Positions 1 through 11,962 of a stretch of DNA of 64,000 nucleotides are shown in pieces. The stretch spans positions 108,283 through 172,282 of the forward strand of contig JANZKA010000001.1 in the NCBI GenBank assembly GCA_025060975.1. The letters are read 5' to 3'. The stretch comes from Candidatus Culexarchaeum nevadense. Lineage in GTDB: Archaea; Thermoproteota; Methanomethylicia; Culexarchaeales; Culexarchaeaceae. The position numbers and the translations under genes were made by a program. The notes under the pieces are model-generated. The model saw only the letters and a list, made by a program, of their open reading frames with translations. It made no database searches and was not told the origin of the DNA. How positions within the stretch are numbered: the first letter of the stretch is position 1; each line of letters starts with the position of its first letter.

Positions 1-292
1 ACCACGATCTAAAGGATGGTACTTTAATGAAAACTCATGTAAAATTATGAGCAATGGTGCAACAAGAGGACCATATCCACGAAATTCACCACCAGTTATC
101 ATGTTTATTGGGACTTTGATGGTGTTTAAAAGACTGGCATCAGACGATATTGAAATATATTTTGAATCATTAAAGTCAGCGAAAACTTTTGCTCTTAAAT
201 TTATAGCAGCAGCTATAGCAAGTTTATCTTCAACAACAAAATGTTCTCCAAAAAATATTACTTTAGCTGGAGCCGATGCTAATACCATATAT

Positions 293-1147
293 TCACCTTA
301 AGAAGGCTATTGACGAGTAACCTACAACGAAGGACATGTCTCCAGACGTATCACCAGAAGTAGCGTACTTTAATTTTAATACTTGCTTAGCATCTAAAAG
401 TTTAGCAATAGTGATCAACGTACCAGTAGGACCTGGACCACACATAGAAATCCTTCTGGAATAGTATGTTTTGAAGAAACCATCAAGATCCAGATTAATG
501 ATTCTATCAATTATAAGAGAATCATTCTTATATGCACGTTCATAACTCTCATAGTGAGTAAAGTCCGTAGAAGCTATAACAACGACCCTTCTATCCTTAA
601 TAATCTTTGATATAGCTTCACCTAATAATATTGAAACCTCCCTATCCTGTATCATCAATGAAATAGGGAGGAACTTCACTTCACCGAATAAATATTGTAG
701 GAACGGCAATTGTACCTCGATTGAGTGTTCATTTAGATGAGCAGTATGGTCGTCCTCCAAAATATCTAGAGAACCTAGTAAAGCATCCCCCAATTCGCTA
801 TCTACTTTAGCATATCCGAGTGGAGTTCTCCACAGACCTTTCCTCATAATAGCTAACGGAGACCCCATGCCGGAGTGATTAGGACCAATTATTATAAAGG
901 AATCGGGTTTACCATTCTCCGCGATAATTTTATAAGCCCAAGCTGCTATAGGACCAGAATAAATGTATCCAGCATGAGGAACTATAACGCCTATTAACTT
1001 TCCGGTAAAAGATTCACTAATTTTAGGTAGAACTCCTGGACCCAGCTTATGAGTAAAGCACCATTCAATCTGATTCATTAGATTTTCTTTCGAACTCTCA
1101 TAAAATGATCCTGCAACTGCAGGTTCGCGTACAAACATAGTTATCAA
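293..1147 (-). CDS. MEMO1/AmmeMemoRadiSam system protein B family protein
   Basis: 284 aa. Typical Memo-like N-terminus (PAVAGSFYE) and His/Asp-containing motifs ([16 protein letters not shown]). Confidence 0.7.
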   Translation of the reverse strand: MITMFVREPAVAGSFYESSKENLMNQIEWCFTHKLGPGVLPKISESFTGKLIGVIVPHAGYIYSGPIAAWAYKIIAENGKPDSFIIIGPNHSGMGSPLAIMRKGLWRTPLGYAKVDSELGDALLGSLDILEDDHTAHLNEHSIEVQLPFLQYLFGEVKFLPISLMIQDREVSILLGEAISKIIKDRRVVVIASTDFTHYESYERAYKNDSLIIDRIINLDLDGFFKTYYSRRISMCGPGPTGTLITIAKLLDAKQVLKLKYATSGDTSGDMSFVVGYSSIAFLR

Positions 1148-1203
1148 TAAAAGTTTTGTTTGAGGAATTATTTAAAGTCCTCTAAAACATGCTTATGTAA
1201 GGT

Positions 1204-1821
1204 TCAGTATGTCTCCGGTTTTGCTTCAAAATCTTCAATTGATAGAGGAATGTCTCCGTCTAGAGGAATGTCCCCCCTTTCTCTTAAAACTTGTCTTGCC
1301 AATATCCAGTATGTTAATGCCAAAGCCTTCCTACCTTTGTTATTAACGGGGATTATTAATTCAACTCCTGATGCTAGATTATCGGTGTCACAAAGTGCTA
1401 CGACGGGTATACCCATATCGATGGCTTCATTGAGAGGTTGCTCATCAGCTCTTGGATCGGATATTATGACAATGGAAGGTTCCTTATAATATGGTAAATG
1501 GGGATTTGTGAATGTTCCAGGTATGAATCTACCAGTAATTGGGAAACCACCAACTAGAGAACAAAATTGTTTGACCGGCCTCCAACCATACTGTCTAGAA
1601 GAAACGGCACAGATTTTATGTGGCGGAAATCTCGCTATGAATTTAGCTGCAATACGTATGCGTTCATCAATACGTTTAACATCCAAAACATATAATCCAT
1701 CAGGTCTAACTCTAAAAATGAACGGAAGCATAGACTTGGTTTTTATTCTAGTGCCGATATGAACTCCTGTGGAAAGATATAACTCCAAAGGCACCAATAG
1801 TTCTGAGGATTGAGATGTCAT
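1204..1821 (-). CDS. rps2: 30S ribosomal protein S2 (uS2)
   Basis: 205 aa. Conserved uS2 N-terminus ([17 protein letters not shown]). Sits at the end of the conserved archaeal operon after enolase. Confidence 0.9.
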   Translation of the reverse strand: MTSQSSELLVPLELYLSTGVHIGTRIKTKSMLPFIFRVRPDGLYVLDVKRIDERIRIAAKFIARFPPHKICAVSSRQYGWRPVKQFCSLVGGFPITGRFIPGTFTNPHLPYYKEPSIVIISDPRADEQPLNEAIDMGIPVVALCDTDNLASGVELIIPVNNKGRKALALTYWILARQVLRERGDIPLDGDIPLSIEDFEAKPETY

Positions 1822-3086
1822 TTTAATAACCTCTCAAGTTCAAATATTGTTCCCCACTCACCTAAATCTTCTTCTATTCTTATAAATTCATTTAATTTAG
1901 ATATCCTCTCCCCGCCCATTATACCACATTTAACCATCGGTGAACCAGTAGCAACTGCAAGATGCGATAAAAATACGTCGATAGTTTCCCCAGACCTATG
2001 TGAGCATACTGGTATCAGACCATATGAAAATGTTGTGTGTATAGCTGAAATGGTATCGGACAATGTTCCCACTTGATTTGGTTTTATTATCACAGCATCA
2101 AATGCTTTTATGGAAGCACCATAACTTATCCTCTCAATATTGGTAGCAGTTAAGTCATCACTACAAATTATGCAGGTTTCAGCTTCATCACGCAATCTAG
2201 CAAAAGATGTAAATGAATCCTCCATGAATGGATCTTCAACATAGAATAAGTCGAATTTATTTATGAGGTTTAGAATGAATTTGTAAAAATCGTCTTCATC
2301 ATAACATGCATTAGTACTTGGTAAACAATACTTATTTGATTTTGGATTCCATAACACAGATGCAGCTACATCAACTCCCAACTTAAATTTCACATCAATC
2401 TCCTTAGAAACCTTATTGCAAGCATCTTGAACTATCGGTAATACATCAAATATGTTTAATGTAGTAACCAGTGCTCCCTCATCATTTCTGCCATATATCA
2501 CACCAGGAGGAGCCATTTTGACTATTTCCTTATACACCCTAACACTTGCCAATACCAACTCAAGAAAGGAAGACGCACCATATGGAATTATCAAGACTTC
2601 TTGCACATCTAAACCTTTAACATGTGTATGTTTACCACCGCCAATAACGTTGCCAAGAGGGATAGGGAGCCTATTTGCATATACTCCCCCAAGATACTTG
2701 TATAAAGGTATCATTAATGTATTGGCAGCGGCAATGGCATTAGCAATGGATGTAGCTATAGCTAGCGAACCCCCTATTTTGCTAAAGTTAGGAGTACCAT
2801 CAATTTCTTTTAATGTTCTATCTAACTCAAATTGTTTAGCAGAGTCCATACCTATTATCTCAGGTGCAACAAGATCTTCAAATAAGCTTAAGGCCTCGTC
2901 TACACCACCCGAGGGGAAGTCGATGACCTCGTATGCTCCCTTGCTCGCTCCTGATGGTGCTGAAAAAGAACCAAACCCGTTCTCCGTGTATATTTCAACT
3001 TCAATCGTGATATCTCCCCTACTATTAAAGCGCTTCTTTGCAGATGCATCATTAATAATTGTTGAGGGAAAACTCATTAGAATCAC
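1818..3086 (-). CDS. eno: enolase (phosphopyruvate hydratase)
   Basis: 422 aa. Enolase N-terminus ([16 protein letters not shown]) and conserved core. Conserved synteny RpoN-eno-S2. Confidence 0.9.
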   Translation of the reverse strand: MILMSFPSTIINDASAKKRFNSRGDITIEVEIYTENGFGSFSAPSGASKGAYEVIDFPSGGVDEALSLFEDLVAPEIIGMDSAKQFELDRTLKEIDGTPNFSKIGGSLAIATSIANAIAAANTLMIPLYKYLGGVYANRLPIPLGNVIGGGKHTHVKGLDVQEVLIIPYGASSFLELVLASVRVYKEIVKMAPPGVIYGRNDEGALVTTLNIFDVLPIVQDACNKVSKEIDVKFKLGVDVAASVLWNPKSNKYCLPSTNACYDEDDFYKFILNLINKFDLFYVEDPFMEDSFTSFARLRDEAETCIICSDDLTATNIERISYGASIKAFDAVIIKPNQVGTLSDTISAIHTTFSYGLIPVCSHRSGETIDVFLSHLAVATGSPMVKCGIMGGERISKLNEFIRIEEDLGEWGTIFELERLLK

Positions 3087-3313
3087 CTTTTATACTTCTT
3101 TTTCATATACAACATATCAAGTTCAACTATGTCATCAATGTATTCAACATGTGTTAGAAGCATCCTCCTGCAACAGTAACGTGTAATTCTAAGTTCTTCA
3201 AAGGCTTTATTTACTGGCATACCAGAATCCACCAACTTCTTAAATTTTTCAAATTTATCTCCTATCGGTGCTCCGCAGGTAAAGCATCTTATCGGATACA
3301 TTTGAAATATCAC
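3083..3313 (-). CDS. rpoN: DNA-directed RNA polymerase subunit N (Rpb10)
   Basis: [15 protein letters not shown] zinc-binding signature. True start probably at the internal Met ([10 protein letters not shown]). Confidence 0.85.
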   Translation of the reverse strand: MIFQMYPIRCFTCGAPIGDKFEKFKKLVDSGMPVNKAFEELRITRYCCRRMLLTHVEYIDDIVELDMLYMKKKYKR

Positions 3314-3729
3314 CTATAGGATTTCTGAAATCTACGTCTAGCAGAGGGCCCTCCAAATTTCTTTGGTTCAGTTCTTCTGGGATCACCAGTCAGCATGGTT
3401 CTATCGTATTCCAAAAAGATTTTCTTTAAATTTTCATCATTAAACCAATTCATCAATCCACGTGCAATAGCCATGCGTGCAGCATCAGCTTGACCCATAA
3501 AGCCCCCGCCTTTTACGGTAACGTGTATATCGACTTGATCTATTAATTCTTTACCAGCTAATTTAAGGGGTTCCAATATTTTCCATCTTGCAAGTTCAGG
3601 TTGGTATAATGGTAAGGGGATCCCATTTATGTACACTCTACCTTTCCCATGTTTGAATACAGCTCTAGCAATTGCAGTCTTCCTTTTACCACTAACTACT
3701 AGAACTCTTTTACTGCTCATGAATATCAC
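3310..3729 (-). CDS. rps9: 30S ribosomal protein S9 (uS9)
   Basis: [13 protein letters not shown]-terminus and a C-terminal R-rich tail ending in YR. Confidence 0.9.
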   Translation of the reverse strand: MIFMSSKRVLVVSGKRKTAIARAVFKHGKGRVYINGIPLPLYQPELARWKILEPLKLAGKELIDQVDIHVTVKGGGFMGQADAARMAIARGLMNWFNDENLKKIFLEYDRTMLTGDPRRTEPKKFGGPSARRRFQKSYR

Positions 3730-4177
3730 CAGACCATCCTAGTTGTTTAGAAATTTCAATTAAATAAATGTATTTGCCAGATAAGTTTTCTGCATCAGCC
3801 TCCTTAAACCGAATAGCATTATAACGTTTATATTCCTCAGGGAAACCCATGAAAACCTTTAGATTACGTAGTGATTTACGACCTCTCTCATTATCCTTTG
3901 GAAGCATACCAGCAACTACCCTTCTGAAGATCATATCGGGGGATCGATGGATTTTAGGACCCCTTCTCGGGTTCCTTAATGTACGTAAATTTAATAATTT
4001 TTTATATTCCTCGAAAACACTTTGAGGTTTCCCTGAAACTACGACTTTATCTACATTGACTACAATTATTGTTTCTCCTTCTAGTAGGCGTTTTGCAACT
4101 ATACTAGCAAGTCTGCCCAAAATCATGTTTTTGGCATCGATCAATGTAATAGCGCTTTTGTTGCTCAAAACTATCAC
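3710..4177 (-). CDS. rpl13: 50S ribosomal protein L13 (uL13)
   Basis: [24 protein letters not shown] motif. Operon context. Confidence 0.88.
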   Translation of the reverse strand: MIVLSNKSAITLIDAKNMILGRLASIVAKRLLEGETIIVVNVDKVVVSGKPQSVFEEYKKLLNLRTLRNPRRGPKIHRSPDMIFRRVVAGMLPKDNERGRKSLRNLKVFMGFPEEYKRYNAIRFKEADAENLSGKYIYLIEISKQLGWSGDIHEQ

Positions 4178-4536
4178 CTCAAAATTTTAACTCGAGAACC
4201 TTTCGGATTCATATTTACTAAATCGACGATGGTAATACATTTACCATTAGCTTTAACTATTTTTTCATAAGCAGAACTTGAAAAAGAAAAGGCAGCAACA
4301 GTAACAGGGTGATCTATAGATCCAGCCCCAAGTACTTTCCCAGGAATCACAACGATGTCATCTGGTTTAGTGTACTTATTTATTTTACCCACATTAACAA
4401 CTATTCTCATCCTTCTTGGAACTTCAAGTCTGTCAGCTATATCATCCCAGATCTTTGCATTATTTTCATTAGCTTTCTTTCTAAGAAAAGTAATTAGCTT
4501 CCTAAGGTGGATATTTGTAGGTCCAGTTCTCTTCAT
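4174..4536 (-). CDS. rpl18e: 50S ribosomal protein L18e
   Basis: 120 aa. KRTGPTN..HLRKLI N-terminus typical of L18e. Operon position between RpoD and L13. Confidence 0.85.
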   Translation of the reverse strand: MKRTGPTNIHLRKLITFLRKKANENNAKIWDDIADRLEVPRRMRIVVNVGKINKYTKPDDIVVIPGKVLGAGSIDHPVTVAAFSFSSSAYEKIVKANGKCITIVDLVNMNPKGSRVKILR

Positions 4537-5372
4537 CTAAACCCCCCAATTTTACTTAAGAATTCGTCACACTTTTCAGCTAGAATAGTTGCAGCAGTAT
4601 AAATAATTTTGTGCAGAGGAAGAGAACCCGTAGATTCAACATAGAATATGAAAGAGGTGTCATCAGGTTTAAGTTCAATTGCGTTATATTCACAAACATC
4701 TACACATGCTTTACATAGACTGCAATTTAGTGGATCACGTAGATATGGATATCCAGTTTCAACATTCACATCTAAAACGCCTTTTGGGCACTCACTCACA
4801 CATTTAAGAATACCATTGTTAGTACATTTGACACAAGAAGAAGTGTTAATAACTATCCTAGGGAAATATTTGTACGCACATGCAGAAACAGGTTGAAATC
4901 TAGCATTATCTTTACCCCTACCTAATCTGGCATACATCTCTATTAAAATTTCATCACCGGCTGAAAGTTTTGCTATTGGAAAATCTCCATTTATTGGAAT
5001 CACACGAGGGTCACTCGATACTATGTCTCTTGAATAAACGGTTACGGGAGAATCGCCTGCCTTAACATTTAAAATTAATGTAACTTGACAACGTGAACAT
5101 CCAATACCTTTACATACACATTTTTCTGGTAAATTAAAACCATCCAGATCTGTTGTTAAAGGTATTAGAGAAAGCCTATGTACTAGAATCTCATCAAATA
5201 TTGGGGAAGTATTATTTATTATTGCGAAGTCGCTTATAGCCATTACTGGTACCTCAGATATCATTATTCTCCTTAAAGCATTTGCAAACGCTGTATTTGA
5301 ATTCTTAAGGATAAATCTGATAGATAAACCTTTAAGCTCCACTATTTCAACAAAAGGGTTTGGAGAATTCAT
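4533..5372 (-). CDS. rpoD: DNA-directed RNA polymerase subunit D (Rpb3-like) with Cys-rich Fe-S insertion
   Basis: 279 aa. ANALRRIMISEVP dimerisation motif plus a cysteine cluster (CVKC..CVSEC..CSLCKACVDVC) as in archaeal RpoD [4Fe-4S] domains. Confidence 0.88.
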   Translation of the reverse strand: MNSPNPFVEIVELKGLSIRFILKNSNTAFANALRRIMISEVPVMAISDFAIINNTSPIFDEILVHRLSLIPLTTDLDGFNLPEKCVCKGIGCSRCQVTLILNVKAGDSPVTVYSRDIVSSDPRVIPINGDFPIAKLSAGDEILIEMYARLGRGKDNARFQPVSACAYKYFPRIVINTSSCVKCTNNGILKCVSECPKGVLDVNVETGYPYLRDPLNCSLCKACVDVCEYNAIELKPDDTSFIFYVESTGSLPLHKIIYTAATILAEKCDEFLSKIGGFR

Positions 5373-5393
5373 TTAAAGCCACCTAATTAAATT

Positions 5394-5789
5394 TCATAGT
5401 CTTCTACCTCTGCGGCCACCAGGCCTCCTGGTAGTATCATGAGGAATAGGTGTCACGTCTTCAATTCTGCCAATTATAAATCCAGATCTAGCTAAAGCTC
5501 TAATAGCAGCTTGAGCGCCAGGACCTGGGGTTTTAGGTCCGTGACCTCCAGGAGCTCTAACTTTTATATGTAAAGCCTTGAAACCCTTATCTTTTATTGT
5601 CTGAGCTATTTTAAATGCTGCTTGCATTGCTGCATATGGTGATGGTTTCTCTCTATCAGCTTCCACAACCATTCCACCGGAGGATATCGCGACGGTTTCA
5701 GCACCAGAAATATCCGTTACATGTATTATTGTATTATTAAAAGAGCTATATATGTGAGCTATCCCCCACAACAGTTCTCTGCTACTCAT
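5394..5789 (-). CDS. rps11: 30S ribosomal protein S11 (uS11)
   Basis: 131 aa. [19 protein letters not shown] and C-terminal [15 protein letters not shown] signature. Confidence 0.9.
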   Translation of the reverse strand: MSSRELLWGIAHIYSSFNNTIIHVTDISGAETVAISSGGMVVEADREKPSPYAAMQAAFKIAQTIKDKGFKALHIKVRAPGGHGPKTPGPGAQAAIRALARSGFIIGRIEDVTPIPHDTTRRPGGRRGRRL

Positions 5790-6328
5790 TCAGACACCTC
5801 ACTTTTACTTTTCTTCTCCTTAATCACTGGCGAAATTGCATATGGACTATCGTATGAATAATGGATTTTGTCTTCTTCATCTCTACTTACAATGTATCCA
5901 GGAACAGTTACCCTCCTACCATTTATAGAAATATGACCATGAACTATGAGTTGTCTAGCATGATGAATCGTTTTGGCGAGCCCCTTTCTATAGACCATTG
6001 TTTGTAAGCGTCTTTCAAGTAGATCTTCAACTTTTAAGCTTAGGACATCATCAATAGACGCATCTTCATGCAACAATCCAATCTTATATAACTTACTTAT
6101 AAGTTCTCTGCGTCTAACCATCAGCTCCTCGGGTGGAAGAGCTAACATAAGTCTTGCCTGTTTCCTGAATTTTGACAAAATAGTTTTAGCTATTCTAACT
6201 TCACGTTTATTTCTGAGTCCATATTCACCAACTAATTTTAATTCCTCTTCGAGCAGCTCCCTCTTCCAAGGATGCCTTGGGGAACTCCATTTATTCTTCG
6301 GACGTTTAGGATCACCCAAATACATCAC
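5786..6328 (-). CDS. rps4: 30S ribosomal protein S4 (uS4)
   Basis: 180 aa. [11 protein letters not shown]-terminus and S4 RNA-binding domain motif ([16 protein letters not shown]). Confidence 0.9.
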   Translation of the reverse strand: MMYLGDPKRPKNKWSSPRHPWKRELLEEELKLVGEYGLRNKREVRIAKTILSKFRKQARLMLALPPEELMVRRRELISKLYKIGLLHEDASIDDVLSLKVEDLLERRLQTMVYRKGLAKTIHHARQLIVHGHISINGRRVTVPGYIVSRDEEDKIHYSYDSPYAISPVIKEKKSKSEVSE

Positions 6329-6768
6329 CTTGGCTTACGAGAAACCCCTACCGTTTGACCTGTTCTACCGGTTGTCCTAGTCCTTTGACCTCTAACTTTC
6401 AGCCCTAATGAGTGTCTAATACCTTTCCAGCACTTTATCTTCTTCATAAACTCAATGTCTGACTTAATTCTTAGAAGTAAATCAGATCCTATTAAGTGTT
6501 TATTTTCTCCCGTTTCAAGATCCTTAGCTCTATTCATTAACCAATATGGAATATTTTGTGAAGACAACGAATTAAGAATATTTTCAATTCTCTTAATTTT
6601 AGCATCAGGTAGATAACCTATCCTTTCATGTGGAGAAACATCAGCTAATTTGAGGATTATGTGAGCTAAGTTTACACCAATTCCTTTAATTTTAGATAGA
6701 GCGTAAGCTACCTTCAAAGATCCATCCAGATCTTGTCCAGCAATCCTCACCACATGTTTAAACGCCAA
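6325..6768 (-). CDS. rps13: 30S ribosomal protein S13 (uS13)
   Basis: 147 aa. [16 protein letters not shown] motif. First gene of the operon. Confidence 0.9.
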   Translation of the reverse strand: MAFKHVVRIAGQDLDGSLKVAYALSKIKGIGVNLAHIILKLADVSPHERIGYLPDAKIKRIENILNSLSSQNIPYWLMNRAKDLETGENKHLIGSDLLLRIKSDIEFMKKIKCWKGIRHSLGLKVRGQRTRTTGRTGQTVGVSRKPR

Positions 6769-7117
6769 TGAAAAGTCACCCAGTACCGATACAAGAAAAA
6801 CATTAAGTTACTTATTTAAGTTTTGCCATATAAAATTACTCTTGATTTGGCTGTTATTGAGAAACTTGTTTAAAAACTACTCAAAGAACTAACGGTACAT
6901 CATATTACAATGATGCTAAAATTTAAACACCTTTAAAAATTAGAATTCGGGCAATTATATGAGTGGGATATAAATGAAGGATATCCTTTTCGTAAGTCTC
7001 TCTCATCATTCTTATTTTAACATTATTTGCGTAACAAAGTAATCTTAACTTATCACTTGTTTGAAAATTAGAGCAATTATTCTTTGTGTTTAGCGTCTTA
7101 TTCCATACTAGTTTTGT

Positions 7118-7194
7118 TGGTGGGCGGGCTGGGATTTGAACCCAGGACCACCGCCGTGTAAGGGCGGTATCCTAACCAGCTAGACGACCCGCCC
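7118..7194 (-). tRNA. tRNA-Val (anticodon TAC), CCA-encoding, intronless
   Basis: Reverse complement folds as a cloverleaf with a GGGCGGG/CCCGCCC acceptor, anticodon loop CUUACAC and T-loop UUCAAAU. The 3' ACCA is encoded. Confidence 0.85.
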
Positions 7195-7207
7195 TGCAAA
7201 AGAGGAA

Positions 7208-7810
7208 TTATTGATATCTAGATATATCTTCTTCAAGTTCTTTTATTTTTCTCTCCAGAAAGTTTATTATTTGAGCGTTATCAAAGGATTCTAGGTTTCC
7301 ACCACATATTTTACATTTAAAGCCATATTCGGATGCCTCCTCAAATGATAATCTAATTTTATCTTTTGGGCAAAAGAAGAAGACATGCTGTTTTTCATAT
7401 TCATATCTTTCTTTTAGTTTTTCCAAAACGGCACGTTTTTTTGAACGCACTAAGAATTCTATATTGTCTCTGTTAAGACGCCATAGATAAATGAACCAAC
7501 CTGTTGTTTTGTCCCTTATCCTCTTATAGGAGACTAGTTGGTTATCATAAAGAGTGTATAGAATCTTTCTAACATTATTAAGTTTTATTCCGGTTTTTTG
7601 AGATAAAATTTCATCTGTAACGTCGTAATTCTCTGATAGAAAGGAAACTATAGCAACACCTTCTTCTCCGACGAGCTCCCTTATGAATGCTATGAAACTT
7701 TCATCAAGAGGTATAGATTCAAAGTATTCGTACACACTTATTTCACTCCTTTCAATTGTATTTGAGTCCTGACAAATTATTTTGTCAAAGAAGCATTTAA
7801 AACCTTTCAA
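7208..7810 (-). CDS. tfe: transcription factor E (TFIIE-alpha homolog)
   Basis: N-terminal winged helix (LVGEEGVAIVSFL..DEILSQKTGIKLNNVRKILY) and a Zn ribbon (FFCP..CKICGG). Confidence 0.8.
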   Translation of the reverse strand: MKGFKCFFDKIICQDSNTIERSEISVYEYFESIPLDESFIAFIRELVGEEGVAIVSFLSENYDVTDEILSQKTGIKLNNVRKILYTLYDNQLVSYKRIRDKTTGWFIYLWRLNRDNIEFLVRSKKRAVLEKLKERYEYEKQHVFFFCPKDKIRLSFEEASEYGFKCKICGGNLESFDNAQIINFLERKIKELEEDISRYQ

Positions 7811-7816
7811 TTTTTA

Positions 7817-8413
7817 TTAGATATCATTGGAAACCTTGATAACACGCTTACCTTTTTCAGATGGGATTATTTTAATTTTTGCGTTCTCAAAACTGCTGCG
7901 GAAAACCCAGCCATTCAATAGCTCCAATAAAAAAACTGCTAATGCAGCAACCTCGGAATGCGGTTGATTTCCAATAGCGACATTCCAATCAGCTATCTCA
8001 TAATAAAATCTTGGAACTTTTTCCGCGCCAACAACAACAAGTTTATTTTTACAACTTTTCTTAATATCATTAATTACTAAAGGTAGGTTTATACCATACA
8101 TAGTCAAGTGAATTATTTCACCTCCACCGTTTTTCCACTTAATGCAGTAATCATACGGATCTTCAGTAAAACTTAAATGAAAGGGGCCTCCCCAATTTTT
8201 GCATACCATTGATAATGAAGATAATACTTTTTCGTCACGACAGTCAAGTATCATTCCTCTAGCTCCGAATGCTCTTGCGACTAGACCAACATGTGTAGTT
8301 ATACGTTTATCTCTTGCTGGCCTATGACCTATTCTCAAAACGTATACTTCAAACGTCAATGTTCTTCTCAAAATACTAGAATATGTGACATTATAAATAA
8401 ATATATATTCCAT
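7817..8413 (-). CDS. tRNA (cytidine56-2'-O)-methyltransferase aTrm56 (SPOUT family)
   Basis: VLRIGHRPARDKRITTHVGLVARAFGA signature of aTrm56. Annotated start may be too far upstream. Confidence 0.75.
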   Translation of the reverse strand: MEYIFIYNVTYSSILRRTLTFEVYVLRIGHRPARDKRITTHVGLVARAFGARGMILDCRDEKVLSSLSMVCKNWGGPFHLSFTEDPYDYCIKWKNGGGEIIHLTMYGINLPLVINDIKKSCKNKLVVVGAEKVPRFYYEIADWNVAIGNQPHSEVAALAVFLLELLNGWVFRSSFENAKIKIIPSEKGKRVIKVSNDI

Positions 8414-8446
8414 CTTTCAATACTAATTATTAAATTAAGATAACAT

Positions 8447-9553
8447 ATGAGAGCAGTAGTCATTGAAGTACGTACTGAAAAATTTCAAAAAACAAAAATT
8501 CAGGAATTAAAAGAACTTGCTAGAAGTGCTGGGTATGATGTTGTGAAAGAAATAGTACAAAAAAGATGGAAGCCGGATCCAGCTTACCTGATTGGTAAAG
8601 GAAAACTGAAAGAGCTGAAAAGTTTTGTAGAAAAAGAGAGCATCGACATAATAATATTTTCAAATAATTTAAAGGCTAATCAAGTATTTAGAATAAGAAA
8701 GGAATTAGGTTGGAATATTGATGTAATTGATAGAAATATATTGATTTTAAAAATATTTGAAGAAAGGAGCCGAACGGCTGAAGCCAAAATGCAAATAGAG
8801 CTAGCAAGATTACATTATATGCTTCCATGGGTTAGGGAATACTTAAGATTCAGAGATTTATATGGAGAGCAGGTTGGATGGGGAGCTTTAGGTGAATATC
8901 TCCACAAGGTATATGAACAACACATAACAAAGAGAATAAAGCTTCTTGAAAGGAAGCTTGAAAAAGTTAGAATGAGAAACTTTGAGAGAATAGTGAAAAG
9001 GAGAGAGTATGGACTGCCAGAAGTAGTATTGACTGGATATACACAAGCAGGAAAAACAGAACTTTTTAATAAGTTGACTTGTGAAACGAAACCCGTAGGT
9101 CTTGGACCTTTCACTACGCTTTCAACATGTTCCAGAAGGCTATCTATGATTAGCAACTATCGCAATGAAATAGTGGTCGTAGACTCCATAGGATTTATAG
9201 AAGACATGCACCCAATAATACTGAATGCGTTTTACACTACATTAAATGAACTTGCATTGTCAGATTTAATAGTGTTGGTGGTAGATGGAGCCGAAGAAAT
9301 AAATGAGATAAAAAGGAAAATTAATGTTTCACATGAAATAATAAGTAAAATTGCACCAAGTGTAGAATTAATAATTGCGTTAAACAAAATAGACCGCATA
9401 AAATATGAAGATATTGAAAGAGTTGTAAAAGTAGTGAAGGAGGTATTTCCATATACAGATGTTATACCAATAAGTGCTAAGAAAAGTATAAACTTAGATA
9501 CTCTAGTTGAGAAAATTATTGAAAAAATAAATAAATTACAATATAAAGTTTAA
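8447..9553 (+). CDS. hflX: GTPase HflX
   Basis: 368 aa. HflX N-domain plus G-domain motifs (GYTQAGKTELFN, VVDSIGF, ALNKID). Confidence 0.85.
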   Translation: MRAVVIEVRTEKFQKTKIQELKELARSAGYDVVKEIVQKRWKPDPAYLIGKGKLKELKSFVEKESIDIIIFSNNLKANQVFRIRKELGWNIDVIDRNILILKIFEERSRTAEAKMQIELARLHYMLPWVREYLRFRDLYGEQVGWGALGEYLHKVYEQHITKRIKLLERKLEKVRMRNFERIVKRREYGLPEVVLTGYTQAGKTELFNKLTCETKPVGLGPFTTLSTCSRRLSMISNYRNEIVVVDSIGFIEDMHPIILNAFYTTLNELALSDLIVLVVDGAEEINEIKRKINVSHEIISKIAPSVELIIALNKIDRIKYEDIERVVKVVKEVFPYTDVIPISAKKSINLDTLVEKIIEKINKLQYKV

Positions 9554-9596
9554 TTTAGAAACCTAAAACAAATAAACAACTATTTATATTTTTCAA

Positions 9597-10121
9597 CTAC
9601 TCTTTTTTAACTCCTCTATGGTTACCTCTGTCCTTAAATTTTATTTCCGCAACATCACCTAAAGTAATGTCAATTTCACTTTTATCATATATTGATAAGT
9701 TGTCAAACATTTTTATTTGAGGTTCTAACAATCTTATATCTAAAACATTTTCTAGTCGTTTAGCTAAGTTTATTGATGGAATTAGTTTACCACTTTCAAT
9801 CTTTTTAATAACAGAAACCTTCTCTTTAACTTGCTCGGCAAGTATTTCAACAGTCCAGCCCATGCTTTCCCTAGCTTCTTTAATTCTCTTTGCATAATCG
9901 GAAACGATATCATAATTGTCGTTCTTACCAAAAGTTTTAGGTAACTTTTTATGTAGAGGTTTATCGTTTTTCCCAATAGTTGAGGTGGATTTCCTCTCAA
10001 ATGATGGAGGAACAGGAGACCCATATTTACTGCATTTATCACATACCGTTAGAATTGCACCAGCTATGAAAACCTTTTTCCCCATACCTTTAAGTTTCTC
10101 ACCACATATGTCACATGACAT
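9597..10121 (-). CDS. multiprotein bridging factor 1 (aMBF1), Zn-ribbon plus HTH-XRE
   Basis: N-terminal C-x2-C..C-x2-C ribbon (CDICGEKL..CDKC). C-terminal XRE-type HTH (IKEARESMGWTVEILAEQVKEKVSVIKKIESGK). Confidence 0.8.
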   Translation of the reverse strand: MSCDICGEKLKGMGKKVFIAGAILTVCDKCSKYGSPVPPSFERKSTSTIGKNDKPLHKKLPKTFGKNDNYDIVSDYAKRIKEARESMGWTVEILAEQVKEKVSVIKKIESGKLIPSINLAKRLENVLDIRLLEPQIKMFDNLSIYDKSEIDITLGDVAEIKFKDRGNHRGVKKE

Positions 10122-10267
10122 ATATGTTCAAATATTATTTTGTCATATGCGTACATAAATTATTAATCACTTTATTCTTTATCTACATCGATTACGTTAA
10201 TTGAGGATAAATGTATAAAGCGAAATTTTAATTTTATACCAAATTATTAAATAAAGACAGATATTCT

Positions 10268-11461
10268 ATGGCGTTTAAATCGCATAGCAACACCAATTAT
10301 TTAAAGAATTATGAAAGCCAATCAGACTATCAAGCATATCTGGAAAAAAGATTATTTGAAATAGAGAATGAATTAAGAAATTTGAACATGGAAAAAGAAA
10401 GGCTTTTAGAAGAAATAGCTTATCTAAGAAGTGAACTTGAAAGAACGAAAATGCCACCATTGATAGAAGCATACGTTGTAGACGTTCTAAATGATGGAAG
10501 AGCTGTTGTAAAAAGCTCAACAGGTCCTAATCTAGTGGTACAGGTTTCGAGTAATATAGACTTAAAGATGCTAAGACCATACACTAGGGTAGCTTTAAGC
10601 CAAAAAAATTTTGCTATCGTGGAAATATTACCACAAATCGAAGATCCATATGTGCAGGTTATGGAAGTAATTGAAAAACCAAATGTGACGTATGATGATA
10701 TTGGAGGTCTCGAAAGACAAAAACAAGAAATAAGAGAAGTCGTGGAATTACCTCTCAAACACCCGGAACTATTTGAAAGAATAGGGGTTACTCCTCCGAA
10801 AGGAGTTTTATTGTATGGGCCTCCAGGATGTGGGAAAACATTACTTGCAAAAGCAGTAGCCAATGAGACAAATGCAACATTTATAAGAACAGTAGGTTCA
10901 GAGCTTGTAAGAAAATACATAGGTGAAGGCGCTCGAATAGTTAAGGAGTTATTTGCACTTGCTAGAAGGAAAGCTCCAAGTATAATATTCATTGATGAAA
11001 TTGATGCTATAGGAGCGAAAAGATTGGAAGACGCTACAAGTGGTGAAAGGGAAGTCCATAGAACATTGGCGCAACTTTTGTACGAATTGGATGGATTCAA
11101 TCCAAGGGAAAACATAAGAGTTATCGCGGCTACAAATAGAATTGATATAATAGATGAAGCGCTTCTAAGACCTGGAAGGTTTGACAGAATAATATATATA
11201 CCATTACCTAATGAGGAAGAAAGAGAGCATATATTCAGAGTACATGCTAAGAAACTACGCTTAGACGAAGGAGTATCCTTTAAATTACTTGCTAGAGAAA
11301 CAGAAGGTATGAGTGGTGCTGACATTATGAAAATATGTGTGGAAGCAGGAATGAATGCCATAAGAAGAAGAGGGGATAGAGTAACGATGGTGGACTTCAT
11401 GGAAGCTATAAAGAAAATTAATAGAAAGGTTAAAGAGGCAGCTACAACCATATACCGATGA
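10268..11461 (+). CDS. pan: proteasome-activating nucleotidase PAN (AAA+ ATPase)
   Basis: 397 aa. N-terminal coiled coil, OB domain, Walker A (GPPGCGKT) and SRH ([20 protein letters not shown]). Confidence 0.9.
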   Translation: MAFKSHSNTNYLKNYESQSDYQAYLEKRLFEIENELRNLNMEKERLLEEIAYLRSELERTKMPPLIEAYVVDVLNDGRAVVKSSTGPNLVVQVSSNIDLKMLRPYTRVALSQKNFAIVEILPQIEDPYVQVMEVIEKPNVTYDDIGGLERQKQEIREVVELPLKHPELFERIGVTPPKGVLLYGPPGCGKTLLAKAVANETNATFIRTVGSELVRKYIGEGARIVKELFALARRKAPSIIFIDEIDAIGAKRLEDATSGEREVHRTLAQLLYELDGFNPRENIRVIAATNRIDIIDEALLRPGRFDRIIYIPLPNEEEREHIFRVHAKKLRLDEGVSFKLLARETEGMSGADIMKICVEAGMNAIRRRGDRVTMVDFMEAIKKINRKVKEAATTIYR

Positions 11462-11467
11462 AATAGT

Positions 11468-11962
11468 ATGAGTAAAACGCTAGAGGAAACTTTTCTTGAT
11501 TATGAAAAATATGTTTTAAGAAAAATAGCTGATTACCAATTCGGGGAAGGTATAGGGTCTATCCTCTTTCCAGATAGTATACTTATCGAGAAATCTAAGA
11601 AAACTGGCAAGATAAGAAGGGTAATATTGGATGGTAAGGTTATTGCAACCATTAGAGCGAAAGATGGCTTAATTGCATTGACAATTTACGGAGCAGAACT
11701 CATAAGAAGTAAGACTTGTCCTCCAAAAATGAGAGTTGTAGTAATGAATGAAATAGCAGACATTATAAGGAAGGGAAGAAATGTTTTTGCAAAACATGTA
11801 AAACATGCAGATCCTGAAATTCGCCCAGGAGAAGAAGTAATTATAGTTAACGAGAGTGATGAACTACTTGCTGTTGGGAAAGCATTATTAAATGGTGAAG
11901 AAATGACTTTATTTAGAAGTGGAGTAGCGGTAAAGGTTAGAAGTGGAGTTGAGGAAAAATGA
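11468..11962 (+). CDS. PUA-domain RNA-binding protein (uncharacterised, COG1370-like)
   Basis: 164 aa. C-terminal PUA-like segment (VVMNEIADIIRKGRNVFAKHV..GEEVIIVNESDELLAVGKAL). Confidence 0.5.
   Translation: MSKTLEETFLDYEKYVLRKIADYQFGEGIGSILFPDSILIEKSKKTGKIRRVILDGKVIATIRAKDGLIALTIYGAELIRSKTCPPKMRVVVMNEIADIIRKGRNVFAKHVKHADPEIRPGEEVIIVNESDELLAVGKALLNGEEMTLFRSGVAVKVRSGVEEK

Noticed and set aside
6769-7117. Possible box C/D sRNA in the 350-bp gap upstream of the S13 operon (CAATGATGC element)
   Set aside because: There is a C-box-like element but no appropriately spaced D box (CUGA) or terminal stem. It is more likely just the operon promoter/leader.
10420-11451. 343-aa antisense ORF inside the PAN gene, and similar antisense ORFs inside CDC48 (26460-27728) and others
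   Set aside because: Low-complexity Ser/Leu-rich translations opposite well-supported conserved genes. These are typical shadow ORFs.
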